A stretch of 64,000 bases of DNA from contig CALULN010000027.1 in assembly GCA_944321505.1 (NCBI GenBank), positions 10,672 to 74,671 of the forward strand, given 5' to 3'. Both the position numbers and the translations under genes were made by a program. Each line of letters begins with the position of its first letter. Within the stretch, counting starts at the first letter, position 1. Positions 25,447 through 35,411 of the stretch are shown here, one piece after another. The notes beneath the pieces are model-generated. The model worked only from the letters and a program-made list of their open reading frames with translations, did not search any database and was not told the origin of the DNA. Source of the DNA: Candidatus Methanomethylophilaceae archaeon (lineage in GTDB: Archaea > Thermoplasmatota > Thermoplasmata > Methanomassiliicoccales > Methanomethylophilaceae).

Positions 25447-26099
25447 CACATCCTCTTGAACCCGCGGAATATCCACTCCACGATGCTCTTGACGCCGTAA
25501 TGTATGGTCTCGGAGGGCTTCCTGCTGTCGCTGAAGACCTCGACCCTGCCGGCACGCACCTCTTCCAGGACATCCTGCCATGTGCGGCAGGCGTCGGATA
25601 CCTCGATGTATCCCGTGCCTACATGCTCGGGGACATGGGCATCGCTGCCGGCCGTCATGACCGGACCGAAGGACCTGGCGAGCCTTTCGGAGCGGACGTT
25701 GTCCCTCCTGACGGAGCGTCCGTTCCTGGCCTCCACGCCGTCGAACTCCGGGACGACGTTCTCCTCCCCCAGGCCCGACCACCAGCGGTACGGGTGGGCC
25801 GCAATCGCGATGCCCCCCGCCTCGTGGATGGCCTCGATGGTCTCCAGCACGCCCATGTCGCGGGGGATGTGCCTGTCGATTCCGAGGGCTACGATGTGCC
25901 CTTCGGAGGATGACACCTCCTCGCCGGGGATGACGATCAGCCTCTGCTCTCCCGCGAGGTCCAGGTGCGCTCTGAACTCGTTGTGGTCCGTCACGGCGAT
26001 GCAGCCGAGGCCCGCCGCAAGGGCCGCCTCGACGATCTGCTCCGGAGTGGACTTCCCGTCCTTGGAGTAGACGGAGTGGATATGGAGGTCCGCCTTCAT
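25446..26099 (-). CDS. PHP-domain metal-dependent phosphoesterase
   Basis: MKADLHIHSVYSKDG...CIAVTDHNEF...IAAHP...GSDAH, the set of His/Asp motifs typical of PHP domains. ATGA overlap with metG. Confidence 0.8.
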   Translation of the reverse strand: MKADLHIHSVYSKDGKSTPEQIVEAALAAGLGCIAVTDHNEFRAHLDLAGEQRLIVIPGEEVSSSEGHIVALGIDRHIPRDMGVLETIEAIHEAGGIAIAAHPYRWWSGLGEENVVPEFDGVEARNGRSVRRDNVRSERLARSFGPVMTAGSDAHVPEHVGTGYIEVSDACRTWQDVLEEVRAGRVEVFSDSRKPSETIHYGVKSIVEWIFRGFKRM

Positions 26100-28336
26100 C
26101 TCACTCCGGCACCGTCGGTGATGGGGGACTCCACGGTGGCGTAGCATCCGTTCCCGTCCGAGACGGCGATGGCCTTCCCATCCTCTACGGCGACGGCAAC
26201 CCTCTCGGGGATACCCTCGCCTTCGACTTCCAGACCTCCGTCCACGTTGACCTTGCCGTCTTTGAAGGAGCCGACCTTGAGCACCGCCTTCTGGAAGTCC
26301 TTGTACTCGATCCTGGATGAGGAGCCGTCCAGACCGGAACCGAAGCGGGTGCCGTCCGGGACGTCCGATGAGGGCTTCAGCAGCAGCACGGTGCTGCCGC
26401 CGATCTCCTCATCGTCGGCCGCCAGCAGCATGCCCTCGGAGCGCTGGCCCCTGAGCTTGGCGGGCTTGAGGTTGCAGAGGCACAGCACCCTGCGGCCCTG
26501 CATCTGCTCCTTGGTGTAGTACGCCTTCAGCCCGGCGACGATCTGACGCTCCTCGCCCACATTGACCTTGAGCAGGTAGAGCTTCTCCGCATCCGGATGG
26601 TCCTCAACGGACGTGATCGTCCCCGCTCTGATGTCCAATCTCCTGTAGTCCGCAAAGGGACCATCTGCAACAGCCATCTTCTCCTCCTCCTTCGGCGCAG
26701 GCTCCTCATCGGGCTCGGGGATCTCCACCTTCGAGAACACCGGCACGGGGTCCGGGAGCTCCGCGCCCTTCTCCGGAGCGGTGCCCACAGCGCCGTAGCC
26801 GACATCCTCCGGGGTGCCGTCGAGCCCCAGGTAGCCCCAAATGCGCTGGGCGGCCTTAGGCATGAACGGCCACATCATTATCGAGAGGGCCTTGACGACG
26901 GCCAGGTTGCCGTAGAGCTCCCTGCCGCAGGCCTCCCTGTCGGTCTTGACCAGCGCCCAGGGCTTGGCCGCATCGAACAGCCTGTTGCCCGCATGGGACA
27001 GGTCCAGTATGGCACGCATGGCCTTCTTGAAGTCGCAGGATGCCATGTGCCCCATGTAGTCGTCGAAGGCCGTCCTGATCGCGGCGGTGACCTCCTCCGG
27101 GATGTCGCCGCAGTCCGGCACCGACCCGTAGTTCTTCCTGGTGAAGCTCAGGCACCTGTGGCAGTAGTTGCCCAGGTTCGCCACCAGCTCCGTGTTGACC
27201 TTGGTCTTGAAGTCGTCCCACGAGAACTCTGAGTCGTGAGTGTCGGGCATGACCATCGACAGGTAGAACCTCATAACGTCCGCGTCGTACCTCTCCAGCA
27301 CCGACGGGATGTCGATGGCCCCTCCTCTGCTCTTGGACAGCTTGCCGCCCTTGAACATCAGGTACTCGTTGGCCGGGATGTCGTAGGGCAGGTTGAGTCC
27401 GCCGTAGCCCATGAGTATGGAGGGCCAGATGATGGAGTGGAAGGGGATGTTGTCCTTGCCCAGGAAGTAGTAGTGCTTCACCTCGGGGTCCGTCCAGAAC
27501 TCCTTCCAGTAGTCGGGCTTGCCGATGATCTTGGAGTACTCCTTGGATGCGCTCAGGTATCCGATGACCGCATCGAACCATACGTAGATTACCTTGGAAT
27601 CCCACCCCTCGAGAGGTATCGGGACCCCCCAGTCCATGTCCCTGGTGATGGCGCGGTCGTGCAGGCCGTCCTTCAGCCAGTTGGTGGTGAAGCTGCGGAC
27701 GTTGGGCCTCCACCAGGACTTGTCCCCGAGGTAGTCGAGGAGACGGTCGTTGAAGGCGCTCAGCCTCAGGAAGAAGTGCTCCGTCTCGCGGATCTCGGGA
27801 TGGGTGCCGCAGTGGATGCAGTAGGATTCCTTCAGGTCCCCGGGCTCGAAGGTCTTGCCGCAGGAGTCGCACTGGTCCCCGCGGACCTTCTCCGCACCGC
27901 ATTCCGGGCAGATCCCCTCCACATAGCGGTCGGGGAGGAAGCGGGCGCACTTGGGGCAGTAGTACTGGTTGCTCTCCTTGGTGACCAGGTACCCGTTGTC
28001 CAGCAATCTCCTGAAGACGTCCTGGACCACTTCGAAGTGGTTCTGGGTATGGGTCTTGGTGTAGAGGGAGTACTCTATGCCCATGTCCTCGATGGATTTT
28101 TTGTTGATGAGATGGTAGCGGTCGGCGACCTCCTCGGGGGTGATGCCTTCCTTCTCCGCTGTGACGGTGATCGGCGTGCCGTGCTGATCAGAGCCGCCGA
28201 CCATCAGCACCTCGTTGCCCAGAAGCCTGTTGTACCTGCTGAATATGTCCGGCGGCAGCAGGGACCCCGCCATATGGCCCAGATGTATCGTTCCGTTGGC
28301 GTAGGGCCATGCCACGCCTATCATTACCTTCGCCAT
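26096..28336 (-). CDS. metG: Methionine--tRNA ligase with C-terminal tRNA-binding (Trbp111/EMAPII-like) domain
   Basis: HIGH-type HLGH, four CxxC knuckles (CPKC, CPEC, CDSC, CIHC), KMSKS-type KLSKS, and a C-terminal OB domain (LDIRAGTITSVEDHPDAEKLYLLKVNVG...NLKPAKLRG). Confidence 0.95.
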   Translation of the reverse strand: MAKVMIGVAWPYANGTIHLGHMAGSLLPPDIFSRYNRLLGNEVLMVGGSDQHGTPITVTAEKEGITPEEVADRYHLINKKSIEDMGIEYSLYTKTHTQNHFEVVQDVFRRLLDNGYLVTKESNQYYCPKCARFLPDRYVEGICPECGAEKVRGDQCDSCGKTFEPGDLKESYCIHCGTHPEIRETEHFFLRLSAFNDRLLDYLGDKSWWRPNVRSFTTNWLKDGLHDRAITRDMDWGVPIPLEGWDSKVIYVWFDAVIGYLSASKEYSKIIGKPDYWKEFWTDPEVKHYYFLGKDNIPFHSIIWPSILMGYGGLNLPYDIPANEYLMFKGGKLSKSRGGAIDIPSVLERYDADVMRFYLSMVMPDTHDSEFSWDDFKTKVNTELVANLGNYCHRCLSFTRKNYGSVPDCGDIPEEVTAAIRTAFDDYMGHMASCDFKKAMRAILDLSHAGNRLFDAAKPWALVKTDREACGRELYGNLAVVKALSIMMWPFMPKAAQRIWGYLGLDGTPEDVGYGAVGTAPEKGAELPDPVPVFSKVEIPEPDEEPAPKEEEKMAVADGPFADYRRLDIRAGTITSVEDHPDAEKLYLLKVNVGEERQIVAGLKAYYTKEQMQGRRVLCLCNLKPAKLRGQRSEGMLLAADDEEIGGSTVLLLKPSSDVPDGTRFGSGLDGSSSRIEYKDFQKAVLKVGSFKDGKVNVDGGLEVEGEGIPERVAVAVEDGKAIAVSDGNGCYATVESPITDGAGVR

Positions 28337-28547
28337 GCTATCGCCCGTGCATCCCACCCCTCCTTAATAAAGGAAACGCGGGCACGCCCGCGCATACGAG
28401 TCTCGGAACTAATTTAGGAATGACTAAAACTAAATACCGCTCAGCCAATGACCATGCGGTGTCCGCCATGATAGTCGGAAGGAAGCAGATGGACAGGTAT
28501 ACCGAGCATGAGGAGACCCCTGAGGAAGAGGCCTGAGGGCCTCATGC

Positions 28548-29918
28548 TCAGATGGTCATGAACAGGCCGGAGAACAGCACCAGTGCCAGCATTATCGGGG
28601 CAACGTACTTCACCATGTAGACGTAGGGCTTCTTGAAGCGGAACTCCCCGGAGGATTCCACCTCCTCGATGATGAATCTCGGCTTCACCACGTAACCCAC
28701 GAACAGGCAGGTGAGGATGGCCACCACCGGCATGACCATGTAGTTGGCTATGAAGTCGAAGAAGTCCAGGAACGAGCCTCTGGGTATCCAGGACGCCTCC
28801 AGCGGGCCGTAGCCGAAGCACGAGAGGAGGCCAAGGCCGACTATGAGCACGGCGGTCAGGATCACCGCCAGCATCCTGGACGTCTTGCGCTCCATCACCA
28901 TGGATATCACCGCCTCCGCCAGGGAGATGGATGATGTCAGGGCGGCGAAGAACACCAGCAGGAAGAACGCCGCTCCGACGACGCCTCCGGCGGCGCCCAT
29001 GGAGTTGAACACCACCGGCAGCACGTTGAACATCAGACCGGGGCCCTGCTGGAAATCTCCCCCTCCGGCGAAGGTGACCACCGCGGGTACGATCATCAGT
29101 CCCGCCAGCAGCGCAACGCCCGTGTCGATCATGCTGATGTGCCTGGCGGAGCGCTCGATGTCGGTGTCCTTGCGCATGTACGAGCCGTATGTGATCATGA
29201 TGCCCATGGCCAGGGACATGGAGTAGAACAGCTGGGCCATGGCCCCGAGGATGGTCTCCGGCGTGAAGTCGGACATGTTGGGGATCAGATAATGGGCTAT
29301 CCCGGGCCCGGACCCGGGCTGGATCAAACAGTAGACGGTTATGCCCACCAGGAGCACCAGCAGCGCAGGCATGAGCACCTTGCTCACCAGCTCCACACCG
29401 CGCTTGACGCCGAAGGACACAATCACCAGAGTCACGCCGGCGAACAACAGGAACCAGATGAACGGTCCGTCCAGGATGTGGGCGAAATCGGCTGAGATGA
29501 AGGAGTTGAAGAACTCGCCCGACGCGGTGTTGTCGGTGAACGAGGACGTGCCGTTGGTGGCCATCTCGAAGAAGTACTTCAGCACCCAGCCGCCGATGAC
29601 GCAGTAGTAGGGCACGATGATCATCGGCACTATCGCCGACAGCCAGCCGATGATCCTGTACTTCTTGGAGACGGACTCGAAGAGGGACAGACATGACCTG
29701 CCGGTCCTCCTGCCGAGGGTTATCTCGGTGATCATCAGGGTGAATCCGAAGGTGACCACCAGAACCACATACGTTATGAGGAACGCGCCGCCACCGTACT
29801 GCTCCGCGAGATACGGAAACCTCCACAGGTTCCCCAGGCCGACTGCGGAACCCGCGGCAGCGAGGATGAATCCGATCTTCCCGGTGAAGCTCTCCCTGCG
29901 GACGCCTTCCTCCGTCAT
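28548..29918 (-). CDS. Neurotransmitter:sodium symporter (NSS/SNF) family transporter
   Basis: GFILAAAGSAVGLGNLWRFPY signature; 11-12 TM. The track start 29963 is GTG; the first ATG is at 29918. Confidence 0.9.
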   Translation of the reverse strand: MTEEGVRRESFTGKIGFILAAAGSAVGLGNLWRFPYLAEQYGGGAFLITYVVLVVTFGFTLMITEITLGRRTGRSCLSLFESVSKKYRIIGWLSAIVPMIIVPYYCVIGGWVLKYFFEMATNGTSSFTDNTASGEFFNSFISADFAHILDGPFIWFLLFAGVTLVIVSFGVKRGVELVSKVLMPALLVLLVGITVYCLIQPGSGPGIAHYLIPNMSDFTPETILGAMAQLFYSMSLAMGIMITYGSYMRKDTDIERSARHISMIDTGVALLAGLMIVPAVVTFAGGGDFQQGPGLMFNVLPVVFNSMGAAGGVVGAAFFLLVFFAALTSSISLAEAVISMVMERKTSRMLAVILTAVLIVGLGLLSCFGYGPLEASWIPRGSFLDFFDFIANYMVMPVVAILTCLFVGYVVKPRFIIEEVESSGEFRFKKPYVYMVKYVAPIMLALVLFSGLFMTI

Positions 29919-30013
29919 GCCATCCGCTAAACCCACCCCAGCTATATCTGTTCCCCCTGCCACCGCCCCCCGACAGGGCCATCTTTATATCCGACCCTAT
30001 TATAGGCGGGGCC

Positions 30014-31795
30014 ATGCGGATAGCGGCGGTGCTCTACGACAGATGCCAGAACAGGAAGTGCAACAAGGAGTGCATAAAATTCTGCCCCCTCATCAGATCG
30101 GGCGTGACCGAATGCATCACACTCGGGGAACGCGGCAAGCCCATCATCTCCGAGACCCTCTGCCAGGGCTGCGGCATCTGCGTCAACAAGTGCCAGTTCG
30201 ATGCCATCAAGATCATAGGCCTCGCGGACGAGCTGAAGTCCGAGATGGTGCACCAGTACGGGGAGAACATGTTCCGCCTCTACCGCCTGCCCGTACCCAA
30301 GAAGGGCATCGTCACCGGCATCCTCGGTCCCAACGGCATCGGTAAGACCACCGCCATCAAGATGCTGTCCGGCATCGAGATCCCCAACCTGGGGGACTAC
30401 CAGAACCCGCCGTCCAAGGAGAAGGTGCTGGAGTACTACGCCGGCACCGAGATGCACACCTACCTCAAATCGGTCTACGACGGGAACGTGAAGACCGCCA
30501 TGAAGCCCCAGTACGTCGACCTGCTGCCCAAATCCGTCAAGGGCGTTGTCAGGGACCTGCTCGACAAGGTGCAGGAGAGGATGACCACCGAGGAGGCGGC
30601 CGAGAAGCTGGACCTCACCGAGGTCCTGGACAGGCAGCTGGACAAGCTCTCCGGAGGGGAGCTTCAGAGGCTGGCCGTGGCGGCCACCCTCATGAAGGAC
30701 GCCGACGTCTACTTCTTCGACGAGCCCTCCTCGTATCTGGACATATACCAGAGGGTGAAAGTGGCCCGCCTCATCAAGGAGCTCAGCACCGACAAGCAGG
30801 TCATAGTCATCGAGCACGACATCGCCCTGCTGGACTTCCTGGCGGACAACGTCAACCTGGTCTACGGTTCCGAGGGGGCGTACGGTGTGTTCACCCTGCC
30901 GAGGCAGGTGAGGACCGCCATCAACGTCTACCTGGACGGATACCTCCCCGAGGAGAACATAAGGTTCAGGGACCGCCCCATAGAGTTCACCGCCTCCCCT
31001 CCCAGAGGGGAGTGGAACACCGGGTCCCTGGTGGAGTTCACCGCCCTCAGCAAGGACTTCGGGGAGTTCAAGCTGGACGTGTCACCGGGCATGGTGCGCA
31101 TCGGCGAGTCCGTGGGCATCGTCGGGCCCAACGCCACCGGGAAGACCACCTTCGTCAAGATGCTGGCGGGGGAGATCGCCGCCGACTCCGGGAAGGTGGA
31201 CACCGAGCTGAAGGTGTCGTACAAGCCCCAGTACATCTCGGCGGACTTCGACGGCACCGTGAAGGAGCTGCTGTTCACCACCGCCTTCGAGACCGTGCAG
31301 TCCGGATTCTTCCAGGGAGAGGTCATCGAGCCCCTGGGGATCAACCACCTCATGGAGAAGAAGGTCGCCAACCTGTCGGGAGGGGAGCTCCAGAGGGTGG
31401 CCATCACCGTCTGCCTGGCCCAGGAGGCGGACATATACCTCTTGGACGAGCCGTCGGCCTACCTGGATTCCAACCAGAGGATGAACGCGGCCCGCACCAT
31501 CCGCAGGATGATGGAGAAGAGCGGGAAGAGCGGCATGATCGTCGACCACGACATCTACTTCCTGGACATGGTGTCCGATTCCCTGATGGTCTTCGGAGGG
31601 GAGCCCGGACACCACGGTCTCGGCGACGGCCCCTTCGACATGAGGGAGGGGATGAACAGGTTCCTCAAAGCAGTCGACATCACCTTCCGCAGGGATGCGG
31701 AATCCCACCGCCCCAGGATCAACAAACCGGACTCCAGATTGGACAGGGAGCAGAAGGCGGCGGGCGAGTACTACTACGGCACGGATGTCGCATGA
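30014..31795 (+). CDS. abcE1: ABCE1 (RNase L inhibitor/ribosome-recycling ATPase)
   Basis: N-terminal double 4Fe-4S domain (CNKECIKFCP, CQGCGICVNKC), followed by two ABC cassettes (GPNGIGKTT/LSGGELQR and GPNATGKTT/LSGGELQR). Confidence 0.95.
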   Translation: MRIAAVLYDRCQNRKCNKECIKFCPLIRSGVTECITLGERGKPIISETLCQGCGICVNKCQFDAIKIIGLADELKSEMVHQYGENMFRLYRLPVPKKGIVTGILGPNGIGKTTAIKMLSGIEIPNLGDYQNPPSKEKVLEYYAGTEMHTYLKSVYDGNVKTAMKPQYVDLLPKSVKGVVRDLLDKVQERMTTEEAAEKLDLTEVLDRQLDKLSGGELQRLAVAATLMKDADVYFFDEPSSYLDIYQRVKVARLIKELSTDKQVIVIEHDIALLDFLADNVNLVYGSEGAYGVFTLPRQVRTAINVYLDGYLPEENIRFRDRPIEFTASPPRGEWNTGSLVEFTALSKDFGEFKLDVSPGMVRIGESVGIVGPNATGKTTFVKMLAGEIAADSGKVDTELKVSYKPQYISADFDGTVKELLFTTAFETVQSGFFQGEVIEPLGINHLMEKKVANLSGGELQRVAITVCLAQEADIYLLDEPSAYLDSNQRMNAARTIRRMMEKSGKSGMIVDHDIYFLDMVSDSLMVFGGEPGHHGLGDGPFDMREGMNRFLKAVDITFRRDAESHRPRINKPDSRLDREQKAAGEYYYGTDVA

Positions 31796-31882
31796 TGCAT
31801 CTGGCTATGCCTCCCTGCAGACGCCTGGCAAGAATGGTTTTACAGGCAACTTTAATATAGAGGGGCGAAGGATGCGGTAGCG

Positions 31883-32794
31883 ATGCTGTCCAAGGCGGAC
31901 ACTCATGTCCACACGTACTACTCGGGCACCACCCATTACAAGGCCCTCAGGTTCCCTGAATCCGTCACATCCCCCGAGGAGCAGGTGGATGCCGCCCGCA
32001 GGAACGGCATGAGCGTCGTCTGCATAACCGATCACGACTCCACCATGGGCGGGTTCAAGGCCCTGGAGTACGGCAGGCGCTTCGACGACATCGATGTCGT
32101 CGTGGGCGAGGAGATCATGACCTCCGACGGAGAGGTCATCGGACTCTGGCTCAATGAGCAGATAGAGCCCGGTATGACCGCCGAGGAGACAATCGACGAG
32201 ATAAGGTCCCAGGGCGGGATCGTTATCGCGCCCCATCCCTTCAGCTTCTACGTCAACTGCCTCAAGCACAGGATCTTCAATCTGGACATCGACGGCATCG
32301 AGGTCATCAACGGAGGGCATGTGGACCCCTGGACCAACAACTACGCCATGGGATGCTACAAATCCAACGCGAAGAGATGGGCCCAGATCGGAGCCAGCGA
32401 CGCCCACAGCACCAGGACCGCGGGCTTCACCTGGACCGAGTTCAGCGGACAGGGGGAGGACGACCTGCGCAAGGCGATCCTGGAGAAGACCACCGTCGCC
32501 TGCGGCCACCCGTCACCGGTCTTCACACAGACCCAGTGGAGCATCGAAGTCGTGCAGGGCGGCCAGAAGATGATATGGGACTCCATATTCGGCAGACTCA
32601 AGGACGACCCTGAGAACCCCCTTGTCGTGAAGACCAAGAACCTCACGCGCTCATCCAAGGCGCTGGCGCTGGTGGGAGGGTTCGTCTACTGCTGCCCGCC
32701 AGTCCCGTTCATCGCCACCTGGCTGAGCACCAACTGGCTCAAGAAGAAGGCCACCGACCTGCGCCGTCTGCTCAGGAGGACGTACGACTACTGA
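31883..32794 (+). CDS. PHP-domain protein with C-terminal membrane segment
   Basis: ADTHVHTYYS...VCITDHDS...IAPHP...ASDAH motifs. Hydrophobic tail LALVGGFVYCCPPVPFIATWL. Confidence 0.75.
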   Translation: MLSKADTHVHTYYSGTTHYKALRFPESVTSPEEQVDAARRNGMSVVCITDHDSTMGGFKALEYGRRFDDIDVVVGEEIMTSDGEVIGLWLNEQIEPGMTAEETIDEIRSQGGIVIAPHPFSFYVNCLKHRIFNLDIDGIEVINGGHVDPWTNNYAMGCYKSNAKRWAQIGASDAHSTRTAGFTWTEFSGQGEDDLRKAILEKTTVACGHPSPVFTQTQWSIEVVQGGQKMIWDSIFGRLKDDPENPLVVKTKNLTRSSKALALVGGFVYCCPPVPFIATWLSTNWLKKKATDLRRLLRRTYDY

Positions 32795-32795
32795 C

Positions 32796-33122
32796 ATGTA
32801 CAAGGTCGTCGTCTCCGTCCCCAGAGAGCACACGCAGCGCCTGATGGATGCGGTGGATGCCGCCATCGGATCGCCCTCCGGGAAGTACAGGCGCGTGTTC
32901 TCCGTTGTGGAATCGACGGGCACCTGGATCCCTCAGGAGGGCTCCTCCCCCTTCATCGGCTCTGAAGGCGAGATATCCGTGGAGCCGGAGGACATGGTGC
33001 ACTTCGCGGTTGACGACGAGCATCTGGCCGTCGCATTGAAGGCGGTTGCTGAGACACATCCGTACGAGGAGCCTGCGGTGGATGTGTACCGCATCGAGGA
33101 CTGGCGCGCACTCATCCGGTGA
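32796..33122 (+). CDS. Small NIF3-insert/PII-like fold protein (COG3323-like)
   Basis: 108 aa. The pattern MYKVVVSVPREH...G.W.P.EGS.PFIG..GE...E.E......HPYEEPAVDVY matches my memory of that family. Start is 2 nt after the upstream stop. Confidence 0.55.
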   Translation: MYKVVVSVPREHTQRLMDAVDAAIGSPSGKYRRVFSVVESTGTWIPQEGSSPFIGSEGEISVEPEDMVHFAVDDEHLAVALKAVAETHPYEEPAVDVYRIEDWRALIR

Positions 33123-33166
33123 CGCTGAGCACACCCCCGGTCCGCCGACCCTGCGGAAGACGCGGG

Positions 33167-33775
33167 TTACCGGGTGTAGCGGTTCCCGAAGGACTCGGTC
33201 TCACCCTTGGGACGGTAGGTGTATATCCCGTCGAATGCCCGCTGCATCCTGTGGACCTTGAGGCTGTTCCTGCGGTACTGCAGGTCGTCATCGTCGATCA
33301 GCCCCATCTCGTGGTACCTGTCCAACATCTCGTAGGCCTTCTCGTACTGGGACTCCACTCCCACGATGATGTCTATGTACCTGTTGCGGAAGGCAAGCCT
33401 CTCGGGGAGCCTGCCGCCGTTGTCCCTCTCCAGGTCCGCTCTGATCTGCGGGAAGAGGGAGAGGTTGATCTCGCAGACGTTCTTGGCATCGTCGTACAGC
33501 GACCTCTCGGTGAGCACGTCGATGAACTCCTCGTTGACCAGGAAGCGCTGGTATGCGTCGAAGGGCAGCGAGCTGGTGGCGATGCAGAGGGTCACTCCGA
33601 ACCTGTAGTTCTCGTCCGCCTCTGCGGCCTTGATGAGGGACATGAAGAAATCGAAGACGGAGGAAGCGTCCGCCTTGTCGAGATAGCGGTTGAGCTTCAC
33701 GCGGTCCGTATCGGAGAGGCCCGCATACCAATCCTGCACGCCTGCTTCAGCGACCTTCTGGGGAACGTCTGCCAT
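33167..33775 (-). CDS. Hypothetical protein
   Basis: Clean ORF whose composition resembles neighbouring genes, with no motif I recognise. The track start 33790 is GTG; the first ATG is at 33775. Confidence 0.45.
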   Translation of the reverse strand: MADVPQKVAEAGVQDWYAGLSDTDRVKLNRYLDKADASSVFDFFMSLIKAAEADENYRFGVTLCIATSSLPFDAYQRFLVNEEFIDVLTERSLYDDAKNVCEINLSLFPQIRADLERDNGGRLPERLAFRNRYIDIIVGVESQYEKAYEMLDRYHEMGLIDDDDLQYRRNSLKVHRMQRAFDGIYTYRPKGETESFGNRYTR

Positions 33776-33800
33776 GTCAGCGGAATGCACGGTTCGGTAT

Positions 33801-34820
33801 TTATCCGGTCCTATGGCTGGAGTTCTCGTCCATGGCGGTCTCGCAGGTCCATTCCACCCTTCCGGCGAGCGGGGACGCTCTGTTGACGCAGCCCTCCATT
33901 CCGCATACCCTGCACAGCCTGTCGTTGCAGGGCTCGCCCATGACGGTCAGGTCGATGCTGCCGAACCTCTGGGAGACGGCTTCCTTCAGCTCCTGGATCT
34001 CGCGGTACTGCTCCTCCACCGTCATGTCCCTGGGGAAGACCAGATGGACGTCTATATGCAGCAGCGATCCGTACTTGGAGACGCGGAGGTTGTGCACATC
34101 CACCCAGTGCTCGTGCCTGCGGGTGTTGATCAGCGAGATGACCTCCTCGACGGTGCGGGTGTCGGCCTTGTCCATGACGCCGTCCATGGAGTCCTTGACG
34201 ACCTTCGCACCGGTGAGCAGTATCACCAGACCGAACAGCATGGCGATGGTTCCGTCCAGCCATTCGAGGTGGTATCCCATCCTGTCGAGGGCCAGCATGA
34301 CCCCGAGTCCGAGCATGATCCCTATGGACGAGTACGTGTCGGAGCAGAGATGCTTCCCGCTGGCCACCAGGGCCATGGACCTGTTCCTGCGGCCCTTGGC
34401 GATGGCGATCCTCCCGACGGCGTAGTTGGCCGCCGCTGCCGCCGCCACCAGGATCAGACCTACGTCCAAAGACGTAACCTCGTGCGGATCGGCCAGTGAC
34501 GACAGCGCCTCCAGGATGATCATGGCACCGGCCAGGACGATCATGACCCCCTCGACGGAGGACGATATCAGCTCCGCCCTCCCGTGACCGAAGGGATGGT
34601 CGCGGTCCCTGGGGCGGGTGCACAGGTGCAGAGCGTAAAGGCCCACGAAGGCTGCGACGACGTTCACTATGCTCTCCACGGCATCAGTGAATATCGCTGC
34701 GGATGACGTCAGCCACCAGGCGGCGAACTTGATGGCCATCAGGGTGACGCCGAGGACAGCCACCACCTCCTGGAACCGGAGGTTCTCCGCATCCGCATCG
34801 CAGCTCATGTGATGCGCCAT
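33801..34820 (-). CDS. Cation diffusion facilitator (CDF) family metal efflux transporter with Cys-rich C-terminal tail
   Basis: Six-TM CDF core (FTDAVESIVNVV, HPFGHGRAE, SDTYSSIG), a cytoplasmic domain, and an extra tail CNDRLCRVCGMEGC. Confidence 0.85.
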   Translation of the reverse strand: MAHHMSCDADAENLRFQEVVAVLGVTLMAIKFAAWWLTSSAAIFTDAVESIVNVVAAFVGLYALHLCTRPRDRDHPFGHGRAELISSSVEGVMIVLAGAMIILEALSSLADPHEVTSLDVGLILVAAAAAANYAVGRIAIAKGRRNRSMALVASGKHLCSDTYSSIGIMLGLGVMLALDRMGYHLEWLDGTIAMLFGLVILLTGAKVVKDSMDGVMDKADTRTVEEVISLINTRRHEHWVDVHNLRVSKYGSLLHIDVHLVFPRDMTVEEQYREIQELKEAVSQRFGSIDLTVMGEPCNDRLCRVCGMEGCVNRASPLAGRVEWTCETAMDENSSHRTG

Positions 34821-34892
34821 CTCCTTGCCCTATTTACACATAGCGAACCAACCCGTGTCAACGGTTATCCGCCGGCAGAGCATCACATATAC

Positions 34893-35411
34893 ATGGACCG
34901 CTCAGTGCCCGATGCGCCGTCAGCCCTCCTCGTCGTGGACATGCAGAGGAGGTTCCTCTCCGATGACGGCTCCTGGAAAGGGACCGTCTCCGTCATCAAC
35001 GGTGTCGCCGACGCATTCAGACTAGCGGGAAGGCCGGTTGTGTTCATGAGGGTGGTCGGGAAGGTCCCGGAGCATCCCTACCGCGGACCGGATGACGACC
35101 TGTTCGCCGATGGCCTGGAGGTCCGCGAAGGGGACGCCGTTGTCGATAAGGCATCCATGAACTCGTTCAGCGGAACACGCCTGAAGCAGATCCTTGCGGA
35201 TGCAGGCGCCAAGACCGCGGTGGTCTGCGGCACCCTGTCCCACCTCTGCATCGCCGCCACCTACTTCGGTGCCTTCGAGGCCGGGTTCTCACCGTACCTG
35301 CTGAAGGGTTGCGTGATCTCGGGGGACCCGTCGCTGGATGCTGCTATCGAGACCCTCTGCAGATGCCTCGATCCGGAGGATGTCATCGCTGCTCTGACGG
35401 CTTCCCCCTGA
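34893..35411 (+). CDS. Isochorismatase-family cysteine hydrolase
   Basis: ALLVVDMQRRF...VVCGTLSHLCIAAT (catalytic Cys context). Start moved to ATG 34893 to avoid overlapping the divergent CDF gene. Confidence 0.75.
   Translation: MDRSVPDAPSALLVVDMQRRFLSDDGSWKGTVSVINGVADAFRLAGRPVVFMRVVGKVPEHPYRGPDDDLFADGLEVREGDAVVDKASMNSFSGTRLKQILADAGAKTAVVCGTLSHLCIAATYFGAFEAGFSPYLLKGCVISGDPSLDAAIETLCRCLDPEDVIAALTASP

Noticed and set aside
26096-26340. About 80 extra residues at the MetRS C-terminus beyond the Trbp111-type OB fold
   Set aside because: It probably corresponds to the additional C-terminal subdomain of EMAPII-type tRNA-binding modules (the IEYKDFQKAVLKV pattern). I judged it not clearly unusual.
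26856-28417. 364-aa and 393-aa ORFs overlapping metG
   Set aside because: They are alternate-frame or antisense to a complete MetRS that carries all signature motifs. Their translations are Arg/Gly/Pro-rich and look like noise.
28412-28429. Copy of the TTTAGGA palindrome upstream of metG as a bona fide operator
   Set aside because: Only the left arm is conserved (14/18 overall) and metG has no obvious metal link. I kept it as a weak member in the regulon finding but did not annotate it as a feature.
28504-28549. 10-bp inverted repeat GAGCATGAGG...CCTCATGCTC overlapping the NSS transporter stop codon
   Set aside because: The 26-nt loop and lack of a following T-tract make it a weak terminator candidate. 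It could be coincidental.
28441-30015. 524-aa minus-strand ORF
   Set aside because: It is a different frame of the NSS transporter gene. It is Arg/His/Gly-rich with no TM pattern, whereas 28548..29918 has the GLGNLWRFPY signature.
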